From contig CAWGVG010000003.1 of the NCBI GenBank assembly GCA_963825865.1, positions 179,418 to 243,417 of the forward strand: a stretch of DNA of 64,000 nt, read 5' to 3'. Below the pieces are notes generated by a model, which saw nothing but the letters and a program-made list of their open reading frames with translations, was not told where the DNA came from and ran no database searches. This stretch comes from an uncultured Nitrososphaeraceae archaeon (lineage in GTDB: Archaea; Thermoproteota; Nitrososphaeria; Nitrososphaerales; Nitrososphaeraceae). Below are positions 12,250 to 23,435 of the stretch, one piece after another. Each line of letters begins with the position of its first letter. The stretch's first letter is position 1. A program made the position numbers and the translations under genes.

Positions 12250-12470
12250 AATGATATGTTTGCTACTAATCCTGCCGATAGGTTTCTTGCTTTCGTTGAT
12301 TACTACTAGACCATCTACATAGATCTGAGGACCGATTGCAAGAAATGTCGCTATTTGCAACATATGAGCAGTTGGGTTTACGAACAAGTACGGTCGTCTA
12401 AAAATATGAGATGCTGCATCTTTAATTGGAATACCTTATAGATCAAGATGATAGTTCATGCAAGAACTCG
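12250..12470 (-). pseudogene. CBS-like protein fragment
   Basis: Manual: RRPYLFVNPTAHMLQIATFLAIGPQIYVDGLVVINESKKPIGRISSKHII. Confidence 0.55.
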
Positions 12471-12621
12471 CTCCCTTCAAAGTTAGTGGATGCATGTTCT
12501 TCTACATAACCCTTTAGGCACTTTGCATGATATGATGCATCACTTGAATCTTTACGATTCCCTTATTTTATTATTGAAACAATTAATAATATAGGGTATA
12601 ACTAAATAATAGAATAAGAGT

Positions 12622-13188
12622 ATGAGTATCGAATCTATTCCAGTATCTAGCTTTATGACAACGAATATAATAACACAAACAGAAGATCAAAATATTCGAG
12701 CAGTTTCGAGGACTATGTATGAAAATAATATTGGCAGTATAGTTATTGTAAAAAATAATAATAAAGATCGCGATAGTGATATCAACAACAACAATAACAA
12801 ACAGCCAGTAGGAATAATCACAGAAAGGGATATAGTACGGATATTAGGATCACTAGAACCAGATTTACTCAAAATACCAGTACGCCAGCTGATGAGCAAA
12901 CCTCTAATTACAATATCACCTAATAGCTCCATTAAAGATGCAATGCAGACTATGCAATCGAAGAACATCCGTAGACTAGTAGTAGTAGCTAAAAAAGAAG
13001 GAAAAGTAAATCATGATGATGATAATAATATGGTAGGAATAATCACCGATAAAGATATATTCAGAGCAATAATGAAAAACCAAAGTCTAATACCTAGTCT
13101 ATTAAACGATGAATTACTGACACAACACAAACCAGTATATGAACAATTTAGTGAATATTGGTTTGGTGATATTCTCCATAGGCGTTGA
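12622..13188 (+). CDS. CBS-domain protein
   Basis: IGSIVIV..GIITERDIV..IRRLVVV..GIITDKDIF. Confidence 0.9.
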   Translation: MSIESIPVSSFMTTNIITQTEDQNIRAVSRTMYENNIGSIVIVKNNNKDRDSDINNNNNKQPVGIITERDIVRILGSLEPDLLKIPVRQLMSKPLITISPNSSIKDAMQTMQSKNIRRLVVVAKKEGKVNHDDDNNMVGIITDKDIFRAIMKNQSLIPSLLNDELLTQHKPVYEQFSEYWFGDILHRR

Positions 13189-13497
13189 AAAATTATTGAT
13201 TGTAGAAAAATAGGTGATTCAGACAACAAAACAGCTTTCAAAATTTGCAACGTAAGAGAAGAAATATTCTAGAGCAACCGTACTGAATTACAATTGAAAA
13301 CTAGTTTGAAATAAACTCCTCTAGAATATCTGTCTTAAGTTCTTAAGCAATATCAGAAAGCTTTAAAAAGTTTACTTCAGCAATCTGTCTTATCATTCGA
13401 TGGACTCCTTATTTTAAATTAATCATTTTTACCTGACGTTTTACCAGGAGTGAATCATTTAGTATATATTTTAGGTAGGTATATTTCGTAGTGCTTA

Positions 13498-13968
13498 ATG
13501 AGTATAAAAGATGATGAGTCTGATGCTGCTGCTCCTGTCTCTAAATTTATGACTAAAACAGTATTAACAGCAAATGTTGACCAAACTATACAATCTGTTT
13601 GTAAAATCATGCACGAAAATCACATAGGTAGTGTGGTCATTGTCAAAAGAGAAATAGATGGCAATAAACCATTGGGAATAATTACTGAAAGCGATATAAT
13701 ACACAAAATAGGTTCAGTAGAACTCTTTAGTACTCAGACTCCAATAAGAGAATTAATGAGTAGCAATATAATTTCAATTAAACCACATAATACAATAAGC
13801 GATGTCATAGGAATTATGCATGGAAACAACATTCGACGGCTTCCAGTAATTGGTAACGATGGAAAAATGATTGGAATAATCACCTATAAAGACATACTTA
13901 AGGCAATTGCAAGAAAGAGATCCATTGCATCTGCTTATCTATCTAGAAGATTTGATGTTGAAGGCTAA
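13498..13968 (+). CDS. CBS-domain protein
   Basis: IGSVVIV..GIITESDII..IRRLPVI..GIITYKDIL. Confidence 0.9.
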   Translation: MSIKDDESDAAAPVSKFMTKTVLTANVDQTIQSVCKIMHENHIGSVVIVKREIDGNKPLGIITESDIIHKIGSVELFSTQTPIRELMSSNIISIKPHNTISDVIGIMHGNNIRRLPVIGNDGKMIGIITYKDILKAIARKRSIASAYLSRRFDVEG

Positions 13969-14129
13969 AGGACTGCGGTATTGTTCCTGGTCAGGTGTAA
14001 TGTTTGATGGTCTTGCCCATGGGTTGTCATTTGTTGCAACCAACTTGCTTTTTCAAGGAATTTTCTTCAAAAAGGTTAGGTATAAGGGTAGTATATATGG
14101 GTAAATAGTAGGATTATACTGAAAGCCAG

Positions 14130-14245
14130 AATGTTGACTTGATTAAAATGGCACTAGGGTACATCAGGACTGAAAAAGATGTTACTTGGAAGTGGTATAT
14201 CAGGTGCTGTAATGTTGTATTGTATGAGCATTGTCCAGTCATTGA
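14130..14245 (+). pseudogene. Degenerate USP C-terminus
   Basis: GTR..SGLKKMLLGS..HCPV remnants. Confidence 0.5.
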
Positions 14246-14576
14246 CACAGAATAACTTAAAAGATAATTATTTAATTACTATGAACAAATCGATTTTGAA
14301 TATTCTATATTCAACACAGCAGAAGATATCCAATATCAGAGTTTGCCGTTTCAGGAATCTGAGTGCAATTTTTCATTGCATCTTGCTACAATCTTACTGT
14401 TGGAGATTGGATTTAGCTGATTGCATTATTTATTGGAAGAATTCCTGTTGTTATAGTGGACAAAACAGGCATAATCACATATGCAACTCCTGTTGTAGAG
14501 GGATCATATCATCATCATCAACAATAGTGAATGAATTTATTGAAAGACTTCTTACTCTTTATTCTCTTTTCACTAC

Positions 14577-17219
14577 CTAAAATTTTATTCTTTTATAAAA
14601 AATCTTCTTTACTATTTCTGCTGTAATAATATAGAATAACACAATTACTCCTACTGCAACCAAATACAAAGGAGGAAGCCCTATAAATCCAAATATCTGT
14701 GCAAGTGGAGTGAAGGGTAAAATGATGATAACACCAACAATAAATAAAGTTGCTAATAACAAATGCTTTCTTGGCTTACTTTTAAACAGTGGCTTCCTGG
14801 TTCTGATAACAAGTACAACCATAGATGCAGAGATAACCGATTCCATAAACCATGCTGTTCGGAATTGATCCATGCCAGAATGTAATACTAACAAGAGTGT
14901 TCCAAATGTGATATAATCAAATATTGTACTTAATAGACCAAATACAATCATAAATTTCCTAATAAATTTTATATCCCATCGCCTAGGCTTCTCAACGATT
15001 TCTATATCTACATTATCAGTAGATATTGTCATCTCTGGCATATCTGTCATCAAATTCATAAGTAAAATCTGCTTTGGCAGCAATGGAAGAAATGGTAAAA
15101 ATAATGATACACCGGCCATACTGAACATATTTCCAAAATTCGCACTAGTGGCCATAAAGACATACTTCAATGTATTGGCAAATGTCCTTCTGCCTTCTTG
15201 TACACCTTTAGCTAATACTCCTAAATCTTTTTCAAGTAATACAAAATCAGCAGCTTCTTTTACAACATCTGCAGCTATATCAACTGAAATACCCGCATCA
15301 GCAGCATGAAGTGCTGAAGCATCATTAATTCCGTCTCCCATATAACCAACAACATTTTTCCTTGACTGTCTTAATGCTAAAATAATACGTTCTTTTTGAT
15401 TTGGTTCAATTTCTGCAAAAATATCTACCTCGTCAGCTTTATTTATTAGTGCATCATTGCTCATGTGATGTAGATCAGGTCCTGCAAGAACATGACGATT
15501 TAATAGTCCTATCTGCTGTCCTACGTAGGCTGCAACATGTCTGTTGTCACCGCTTATTATCTTAAGAGAGATTCCAAGTCTTTTTAAATTAGATATTGAT
15601 TCTATTACATCAGATTTAATTGGATCAAAAAAGATAAGAAATCCTAAGAAAGTCATATTAATCTCGTCACCCGTGGTAATAGAAGTACGTCGATTATTGT
15701 CGTTTGTCATTCTATTATCGTCATGCTTACAGTCAATCATGTTACGATAACATACACCCAAAATGCGGAAACCTTTGTTACATATTTCTTTAAACCTATG
15801 TTGGATTTCTTGTTTGACTATCGATATATCGACGATCTTTCCATCAGGCATCTCAGCGCATGAGCATACTTCTAGTATGTTATGTAGAGCACCTTTCGTT
15901 ATTATAAAAAAAGATTCTAGTGTTTTATCTGAAGATGAAACAAGAATGCTTAGTCTTTTTCGGATAAAATCATATGGAATTTCATCCAATTTACTATAAC
16001 CAGATATATCAAATTGACTAGAACAAAAGTCTTTGATGGCTTTATCAATAGGATTTGTAAAACCAGTTTCATAAATAGCATTAAGATAAGAATAGAGAAG
16101 GACTTTATTATTATTATTAGCATTTCCTTTTACGTCTATTGCAGATTGCAGTTTTACTTCACCAATTGTTAAGGTCCCTGTTTTATCTGAGCAAAGTACA
16201 TTCATGCTTCCTAGGTTTTCTATGGATGCAAGGCGTTTCACAATTACTTTTTCATTGGCCATCCTTTTTGCACCATGAGCTAGGTTAACGCTAATAATTG
16301 CAGGTAAAAGCTGAGGCGTAAGTCCAATGGCTAATGCCAATGAGAACAAAAATGACTCTAAAACTGGTCGACCAAAATAAACGTTAATTACAAGAATGGA
16401 AATGACTAGCATCAATGTTATTTCCATAAGAAAATATCCAAATCCTCTTACACCTCTTTCAAATTCTGTCTCTGGTGCCTTATGTCTTAATCTATCAGAT
16501 ATTTTGCCTAACTCCGTATTAGCACCAGTTTTTATTACTAATGCCTTTGCAGTACCGCTTATTGCAAAAGTACCCATAAAAATAGAGTTTGTTCTATCTC
16601 TAAGCGGCGTTTCTTCCGGTAGTATACTTGCAGATTTCTCTACGGGGTAACTTTCACCAGTTAGTGTAGCTTCATTCACAAAAAAATCTTTTGATTCAAT
16701 GATTATACAATCTGCAGGTATACTGTCTCCTGATTTTAGTATAACTATGTCACTAGGAACAACATCCTCAAAAGTAATTTCTTGTAGCTTTTTATCGCGC
16801 AGTACCGTAGTTTTTAACTGTACAATTGCCAATAATTTAGTAATGGCATCTGTTGCTCCTTTTTCTTGCCAGAATCCGAGTAGTCCACTTACAATTACGA
16901 TTGAAATAATAATTAAGGCATCCTCTGTTTGACCAAGGAAAAATGATAATATGGAAGTGAAAATGAAAATAACTATTATCGGACTTTTGAACTGAGAGAT
17001 TAATAACGATAATAAATCTGTTTTCTTTTTTGGTTTTACAAGGTTTTTACCATAGTTCGATAGCCTCAGATTTGCTTCTGTAGAAGTTAACCCTGTTTCT
17101 TGGTATTCTTGAGGTTTTTCTACAGTCGTATTATTATTATTATTATTAAGCTCTTGAATAATATCAGCAGTAGGAATACTCCAATAGGAATAATCTTCTT
17201 CTTGATTAGTCTTAGTCAT
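14577..17219 (-). CDS. mgtA: Mg2+-translocating P-type ATPase
   Basis: Intact 880 aa: LTGES, GLTPQLLP, DKTGT, EIPYDFIRKR, GDGIND, SANFGNMFS, FRTAWFMES. Confidence 0.92.
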   Translation of the reverse strand: MTKTNQEEDYSYWSIPTADIIQELNNNNNNTTVEKPQEYQETGLTSTEANLRLSNYGKNLVKPKKKTDLLSLLISQFKSPIIVIFIFTSILSFFLGQTEDALIIISIVIVSGLLGFWQEKGATDAITKLLAIVQLKTTVLRDKKLQEITFEDVVPSDIVILKSGDSIPADCIIIESKDFFVNEATLTGESYPVEKSASILPEETPLRDRTNSIFMGTFAISGTAKALVIKTGANTELGKISDRLRHKAPETEFERGVRGFGYFLMEITLMLVISILVINVYFGRPVLESFLFSLALAIGLTPQLLPAIISVNLAHGAKRMANEKVIVKRLASIENLGSMNVLCSDKTGTLTIGEVKLQSAIDVKGNANNNNKVLLYSYLNAIYETGFTNPIDKAIKDFCSSQFDISGYSKLDEIPYDFIRKRLSILVSSSDKTLESFFIITKGALHNILEVCSCAEMPDGKIVDISIVKQEIQHRFKEICNKGFRILGVCYRNMIDCKHDDNRMTNDNNRRTSITTGDEINMTFLGFLIFFDPIKSDVIESISNLKRLGISLKIISGDNRHVAAYVGQQIGLLNRHVLAGPDLHHMSNDALINKADEVDIFAEIEPNQKERIILALRQSRKNVVGYMGDGINDASALHAADAGISVDIAADVVKEAADFVLLEKDLGVLAKGVQEGRRTFANTLKYVFMATSANFGNMFSMAGVSLFLPFLPLLPKQILLMNLMTDMPEMTISTDNVDIEIVEKPRRWDIKFIRKFMIVFGLLSTIFDYITFGTLLLVLHSGMDQFRTAWFMESVISASMVVLVIRTRKPLFKSKPRKHLLLATLFIVGVIIILPFTPLAQIFGFIGLPPLYLVAVGVIVLFYIITAEIVKKIFYKRIKF

Positions 17220-17617
17220 ACCGATGTTCCTGTCAATCCCACAATATAATCATCTATTAGCAACAGTAATCTATTTGCTATATTTTGACTTCTATTTACT
17301 GTCGCCATTAAAGCCAAATTAAATCAAAAGTTAGACGCTATTTAATTATTGTTATACTATCATGACTTCAAATTCTATCCCCTAAAAGTCGTAAAGTATG
17401 GAAATTAGATATAGGATTATTCATAACGAAGAGGATGAGTTATACAAGAAGATATTTATTGTTATTATCATGGATACCTGGTGCTTTGACACCTAGGGAA
17501 GAGTGTAGAAGAAAATTACCAATATACCTTACTGCAGCGAATAACACATGTTGTATATTTTTTTATGTATAATCGGGTTTGAAGAGATATATCGAGAGGC
17601 TTGTTAGAAATACTATC

Positions 17618-17734
17618 TTGAGAAAATGTGACAAGTGCGGCAAGGACTTTGTTACAAACAATGATCATTTACTGTGTCATGATTGTTGGATGAGTGAAAT
17701 AGAAAAAATCGGAGGAATGACAGATGATGCTTAA
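17618..17734 (+). CDS. 38-aa Zn-finger microprotein
   Basis: TTG start; MRKCDKCGKDFVTNNDHLLCHDCWMSEIEKIGGMTDDA. Confidence 0.55.
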   Translation: MRKCDKCGKDFVTNNDHLLCHDCWMSEIEKIGGMTDDA

Positions 17735-18170
17735 ATACGCTGCTGCAATAGCTTGCCTAGAAACGTCAACCTGCTAGATTATCAGCTTTGTTCTTTTGCC
17801 TGTCATAAAGGAGCACCTAATCGTTATCACACACTAATAGTTACATCGAGTCAGAAATTATTATTGCATGTTCCTCTTTCTTTTGCTTATGATATAGATC
17901 TAACTCGGCAAGTAACTGATCCTTTATCTGTTTGTAAAGCTTGATCCGTATCGAATGGCTTTATATGATCTAGTCGACAAAGGAGACAAATATGAATTGC
18001 AAGTAGAAGTAGCTTCTTTATTATACTTTGACTTCAATCTATCGCAAAAGGTTGAAAGAATTGCTGCAACATATGTCATAATGACATGCTTATAGATATA
18101 TCTCTCCTGTTTCCATTTTTTACTGGTAGTTAACTAATAGTTCTACACATGTATAATTAATATCAATAGT

Positions 18171-18645
18171 TCACTTTACTACCAATACAGGACAATGAGC
18201 ATAAGTTACTACTTTAGAAGCAACACTTCCAAGCAGTAACTTCTTAAAACCTGATCTACCTCTCGTACCAATTACAATTAAGTCTATATTCTCTTCTTCA
18301 GCATAGTTTGCTATTGCACCTCCTACTGACATTGAGCTTTCAATTTGTGATTTGAACTGAACATTATTATTATTCCCTTTTTCTGACACCATACTGGCAA
18401 TCTTATCTAACCATTGCTGAGCTTCTTTCCTTTCCTCTTCCAATTCCCTCATGCCATAAGTAGGTGCTGTAATGAAGGTAGAAGACAAATGTTTTGGTTT
18501 AGATATATCAAGTTACAGTCAATGCGACTATTTGAGCACTATACCTTTTTGCAATCTCAATAGCATATTCTGCTGCTTTGAATGATTGTTCTGAGCCGTC
18601 TACTGCTACCAGAATCTTAGAAAACCTTTCTTTTGTTTCAGTCAA
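18171..18645 (-). CDS. Universal stress protein (frameshifted)
   Basis: N-terminus RFSKILVAVDGSEQSFKAAEYA in a shifted frame; C-terminus GTRGRSGFKKLLLGSVASKVVTYAHCPVLVVK. Confidence 0.88.
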
Positions 18646-18877
18646 TGAGTTTTATGTTTGTTTTTTGGTTATTAATAGAATTGCAGTTATGCCTTCTTTT
18701 ATTAGGTAGGAATCTTAATTTCGACGGTACGAAAGTTAGGATGACATTATAATATAATCATAACCTTGTAAATGTAATAACACTCTCTATTCTCCTTTAA
18801 TCTACCTATAATTTTATTCTTTTGTAAAATATCTTCTTTACCAACTCAGCTGTAATAATATATACCAGTTAGTAGTT

Positions 18878-19108
18878 TTGAATATTATTTGTGACACATA
18901 TCAAACATCTATTTCAGAATATATGCAAGAAGCACTAGTGGAAGCAATGAAATTTGATTTAGAGGAAGGAAATTTCTATGATGTTCTATTAGGCAAGATA
19001 ATAGACGAGCACGATGATAACAAAAAGAATAATGATTCTACTTCTCCTCCTGCCTCAATGAATAATGAATTAGATACGCTTAAGAAGTTGAAGACACAGG
19101 TATTGTAG
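18878..19108 (+). CDS. Hypothetical protein
   Basis: Open frame with plausible composition; no motif recognised. Confidence 0.4.
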   Translation: MNIICDTYQTSISEYMQEALVEAMKFDLEEGNFYDVLLGKIIDEHDDNKKNNDSTSPPASMNNELDTLKKLKTQVL

Positions 19109-20494
19109 TTGCATAAGGCTTCGTAAAAAAAGACAGTAAATCTTATGTAACCAAGCCTGTATTATTCATCCTATCATCTAGTATCTATTATTAGATATCC
19201 AGTTACTGAGCACTATCATCATTTTCAGATTCTATTAACAACAGCCTAAGGCGCAAGATTAAATCCCAGGTGATATATGAAAAAGAGAAACGCAAAGAAA
19301 GATACTGGATATGCGTAAAGAATAAAGGTGCTATTCCAAATCTGCTGTTAAAATTAGCAGTAGTCTAGATTTTAAAATTGGAATATGATTCACATACCTC
19401 CTATATGAATAACTATTTATCTTTCATAATAATTCAAAAACCTTCTAAGTAAAAGAGTGCTCCTGTTTCTCAAGGTAACAAACCAGACAAGTTATATGCT
19501 GATTTTCTCAACTGTAGAAATGTTTTTGAGAACCGAGATTTTATCATCACTTTAAATATTTCTCTTTATCCATTCACTTTCTCTGCCGTTCTGTAACCAA
19601 GCAAAGCCATTGATTGCCAATATATCGTTAATCTCCCTCCATACTGATCTAGCGATCCACTTTTTTGGCTTTACAGAGATGCAATCCTTTTCACGAACAA
19701 TATTGACATGTTCAATCCTTTTTCCTTATTGAAATTCTATATTGTATTCCCTCTTTGTTTGCTCTTGCTTCAGCACTCTTCTCATATTCAAATAAAAAAC
19801 TCAAACTCGATATTTGTTATTATTATTCAGTCTCTTTCAGAAGATAATTTTTCTTTAATTAGAGTTGGAATCATTACCTTTCTATCATAATCTGTTATTC
19901 CCCAATAATGAGCTTGGAAGAACTTGTCAAACAGAACGCATTGGTTATTATCAATCCTAAAGATTTTGATCTGTTCATAGTTACCTTTACTTATTAGCTT
20001 TTGACCAATCAAAAGTGCATGAAATATCTTTCAGTTAAAGATAACATGTTTTGGTTTAGGTTTCCTTAACATTCTTTTAATATAATCCAAATTAATTTGC
20101 AATCTATACTGCATAACATAATTTGATACAACTGTCTAAAGAACTAGTTCAATATCATTTAGCTTGAATATGTTATGAATATACTACTACTCCAATATTA
20201 ACTGGATATTAGACAGACTGAAAATGGAGTCTTTATACCTTGGAAAACGCTCTGTAGTGCTTCACAATCATATTTGCTAGAGTCATGTGGTTCTTTGATT
20301 ACTCCGGACGGCATGTTGACTAGTGCTGGAGACACAGCAGTAGGATGTATTACATAGTTGGTTGTTATCTATTTTGATGGTATAAGTAAGGATAATTTTT
20401 TTGAAATCATCTCAGATATTATAATAGCAATTAATTTAGTAAACCTGAATTACGAAAGATACTTACATTCAAATGCGCCTCTCCACTATGATAC

Positions 20495-20797
20495 AGTCGG
20501 TTCTAATGAAGCGTGGTTATGGATTGCAGTAGAGCCAATCCATAGACAAATCCTTGGAGTTCACATTTCAAGGCATAGGAATATGATAGTAGCGGAATCA
20601 TTTATTAGATCATTAATCAAAAGTTATAGGAAACATACTGCTGTCTACACCGATGGTGGATTATGGTATCCTGAAGCATGTATTTTTTGTTAGGCCTAAA
20701 ACATAGATTACATTCATCATATGAAAAGAGTGTTGTAGAAAGAGTAATAGTATATTTTAAGGATAGAAGTGAGATATTTGATGATTATTATCCTTGC
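20495..20797 (+). mobile_element. IS6-family DDE transposase fragment
   Basis: AWLWIAVEPIHRQILG..VYTDGGLWYPEAC..HRLHSSYEKSVVER..KDRSEIFDDYYPC. Confidence 0.8.
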
Positions 20798-20846
20798 ATA
20801 AGATCAGGATTACTATTATGTAATCTGCTACATGTATACAAATCGT

Positions 20847-21203
20847 TGCTTTAATATTATCAATGTTGTTGGTAGCAATTGCATCCTTCAGTTCTTGACT
20901 AGATTTGTTGATTTTTTCCTCGTGTTCTGGTTTCATCTTGTCTTTCAAATCTTGCTTTACCAGTTTTTTGGCTGCATAAATCAAATTATCAGGCTTCGTT
21001 TTTGACTTCTGTTTCCTCCTCCTTCTTTTTATCAGCATCTGCAAATTGGTCTGATTCTTTTTTCAGCCTTTCGATCTCTGATTTTGATAGTTTGGTGTTT
21101 GCGTATAGTGTTTGCATCTTCGCCTCTTTTGATGTAGCCCGGTCTTTTGCAGTAACGTTTAAGATTCCGTTTGCATCTATGTCAAATGTAACTTCGATCT
21201 GTG
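20847..21203 (-). pseudogene. dnaK: DnaK (Hsp70) C-terminal fragment
   Basis: [39 protein letters not shown]. Confidence 0.85.
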
Positions 21204-21232
21204 CAAAAAATAAGGAGGAAGATTTGGTTCTA

Positions 21233-21606
21233 TTAGGCTGGTGTAACGTGGTATCGTGTATCCTTGCCTAAGCCAAACCTTTGAATTTTAAGTACGTTAT
21301 GTCCTTCGCTAAGGTATGAATCGATCTCTTCCGAAGTTCTCTTTCCTACAGTAATGTACTTTTCTTCTTGATTGGTGTTGCGCCATTATTAGGTTCTGTT
21401 ACTGTGTATTGGTATCTCTGAGTCTTTTTGCCATTAAATTCCGCTTCTACCTGTTCTATGTTCTCTGGATTAAATTGTAGAACCTTTTTTTCTCCTGGCT
21501 GTAATTTTATAAACTTGCTGTCCTTCTGTCTGAGTTCTGCATTCCTTTGCAAATTCTGTTTAGCTTTTGGACTCAATCTTTCTGCTGCTGCCAAATTAAA
21601 TCTCAC
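21233..21606 (-). CDS. Putative phage-type ssDNA-binding (OB-fold) protein, frameshift ~21360
   Basis: [19 protein letters not shown]..; the shifted frame ends [19 protein letters not shown]; directly downstream of PolB. Confidence 0.45.
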
Positions 21607-23185
21607 CTCCTGTCTGCAAATTTGCTTTACCCGACCACGCCACTTGGAGGCTTTGCTGTGTGGTCATATTTATACAAATTAAATCTTGTTCTATTGTTGC
21701 GATATCATGACCTGCAATTTCTAGAATGTCTTTGACTGCTTTCCATAACATTATTTTGTATTTTTTGACACTGATGTCTTGCAGATTAAGAGAATATCCT
21801 TCTTTATTGTTGTCAGATTCAAAATACTCTATGACATCTCCTTTCCTTGCACCAATCGCTAACCCTATCTTGCGCTTACGATCGTTTTCATTTTCGTATT
21901 CTTCAGGATTTTTGGATAATCTATTAGATCTCTTTAGTAATTCTGGACTTACATTATGAAGTTCTAAATCAGAGATTGCTTTTTTCAGATTAGCAATAGC
22001 GTCCGCATTATTAACAATGTCATATACTGTCTGTCTGAATACAACATTAATCCATCTAGGTCGATCATTCTTGTCTCCTTCCATACCAACTATGTCTGGT
22101 TCTTTTCCTTGTATGCCAGTCCAACCAACGTAATGCTTTTTCTTATCAGAAATTATTGCTGTTGTGTAGGTCTTGGCATGTTCTACTTCTATACCTAACT
22201 GGTTATAGCATTCTTCTTGAAATCTTGAAATAATATTACTGCTACATGTGGTTCCAGTCGTATCATAGACTGTGTTGTAAAGGAATAAAGAATCAGTGTC
22301 ACCATAGACAATTTCAAATCCCATACCTTTGGCAATTTCTTGCATTTTTGAAAGTGTGTATCTACCGTATGTGGTAATTAGCTCTGCAACCCTCGGATCA
22401 TAATACTTGAAATATTGACTTCCAAAGACACCATATCCACCATTGATCAGAATCTTTAATGCTAGCTGTTTTACTTGATTTCCTAGTTTCTTTTGCTTAA
22501 GTCTCTCTTCTTTGAACACCTTTAATTTGTTTGGAAATGCACCTTCTTTTTGTCTGCATGTCCAGTATTCCTTTTGAATTTTGCAATCCTTTATAATATC
22601 TTCATTTATTCTACATTGAGAATCATCTTTACAACATTCACAATTTACTGTATCAAATGATATATTGTAAAGTATTGCCATTGAAGGGTACAAACTGGCA
22701 ACGTCTACAACAATCAGATCATGGTAAAGTCCCTTTGGTTGAAGAACAAATCCCCCAGCATATTGTTGTAGTTCAGATTTTTCCACATTTCTGTCATATA
22801 ATGAAACTGCTGGTGTTTGACATTCTCCATTAGATATCATACTATCAAAAATAGCTGCCCATCATGTTGATATGCCAGTTCTACATACTCTTTCAAAATC
22901 TAAACCAGTTAGTTCTGATGTGGCTTTCATAGCATTAAGGACTTCACCATTATTATGTTTTGAAAGCTGCATTACCAGCTCAGCATCTCTTAAAACATAT
23001 TTTTTCTGCTCTTCAATTGGAAGGGTTTGAATGTCTTTTCCTGTTAGTCCTTTGTATTTTCTAGCTACTCCTACTCCTCCAAGACCATCTCCTAATACAG
23101 CCTTAGATACATCATCTAGTTTTAGAGTTCGATAAGCATTCTTGAAAATTGTAGTCTGTACCATTGGTTTGCCAAATACAGTCCC
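21596..23185 (-). pseudogene. polB: Family B DNA polymerase (5'-truncated, in-frame TGA at 22862)
   Basis: ExoIII YVLRDAEL, DVASLYPS, KILINGGYG, YGDTDS, KKKHY; the two ORFs are in frame across ST*WAAIFD. Confidence 0.88.
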
Positions 23186-23365
23186 TTTGCCGTATTCAGT
23201 AAGATAACCTCTAGTATTTACCATGGAGATACCATATTTATCGGCATATTCAGTAAGTACTTCAGGAACACCTTCCTTCTCTATAAACACAATATCTGTT
23301 CCCTTCTCTGCAAGTTCATCTATTGCATCAAAACTAACACTAGTCCAAGTACCATCAAAATACAC
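23186..23365 (-). pseudogene. TOPRIM-like fragment (Topo VI-A/Spo11-type) joined to polB
   Basis: DIVFIEKEG..YGISMVNTRGY; unrelated to the PolB N-terminus. Confidence 0.45.
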
Positions 23366-23435
23366 TCAGCCCTTACCCCTGCAATTATACCTATGTCTTC
23401 ACGTTTTCTCCCAGCAGCTTTACAGATTTTACTAA

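Noticed and set aside
15544-16932. Plus-strand ORFs inside mgtA (and similar shadows opposite other genes, e.g. 45097..45549)
   Set aside because: Antisense shadows of well-supported genes
22862-22864. In-frame TGA in polB as selenocysteine or readthrough
   Set aside because: Sits next to Trp and is simply explained as TGG>TGA; the window is full of errors and has no Sec evidence
22862-23365. ORF as a genuine TOPRIM-exonuclease fusion
   Set aside because: Both halves are partial domains joined abruptly; likely a chimeric junction
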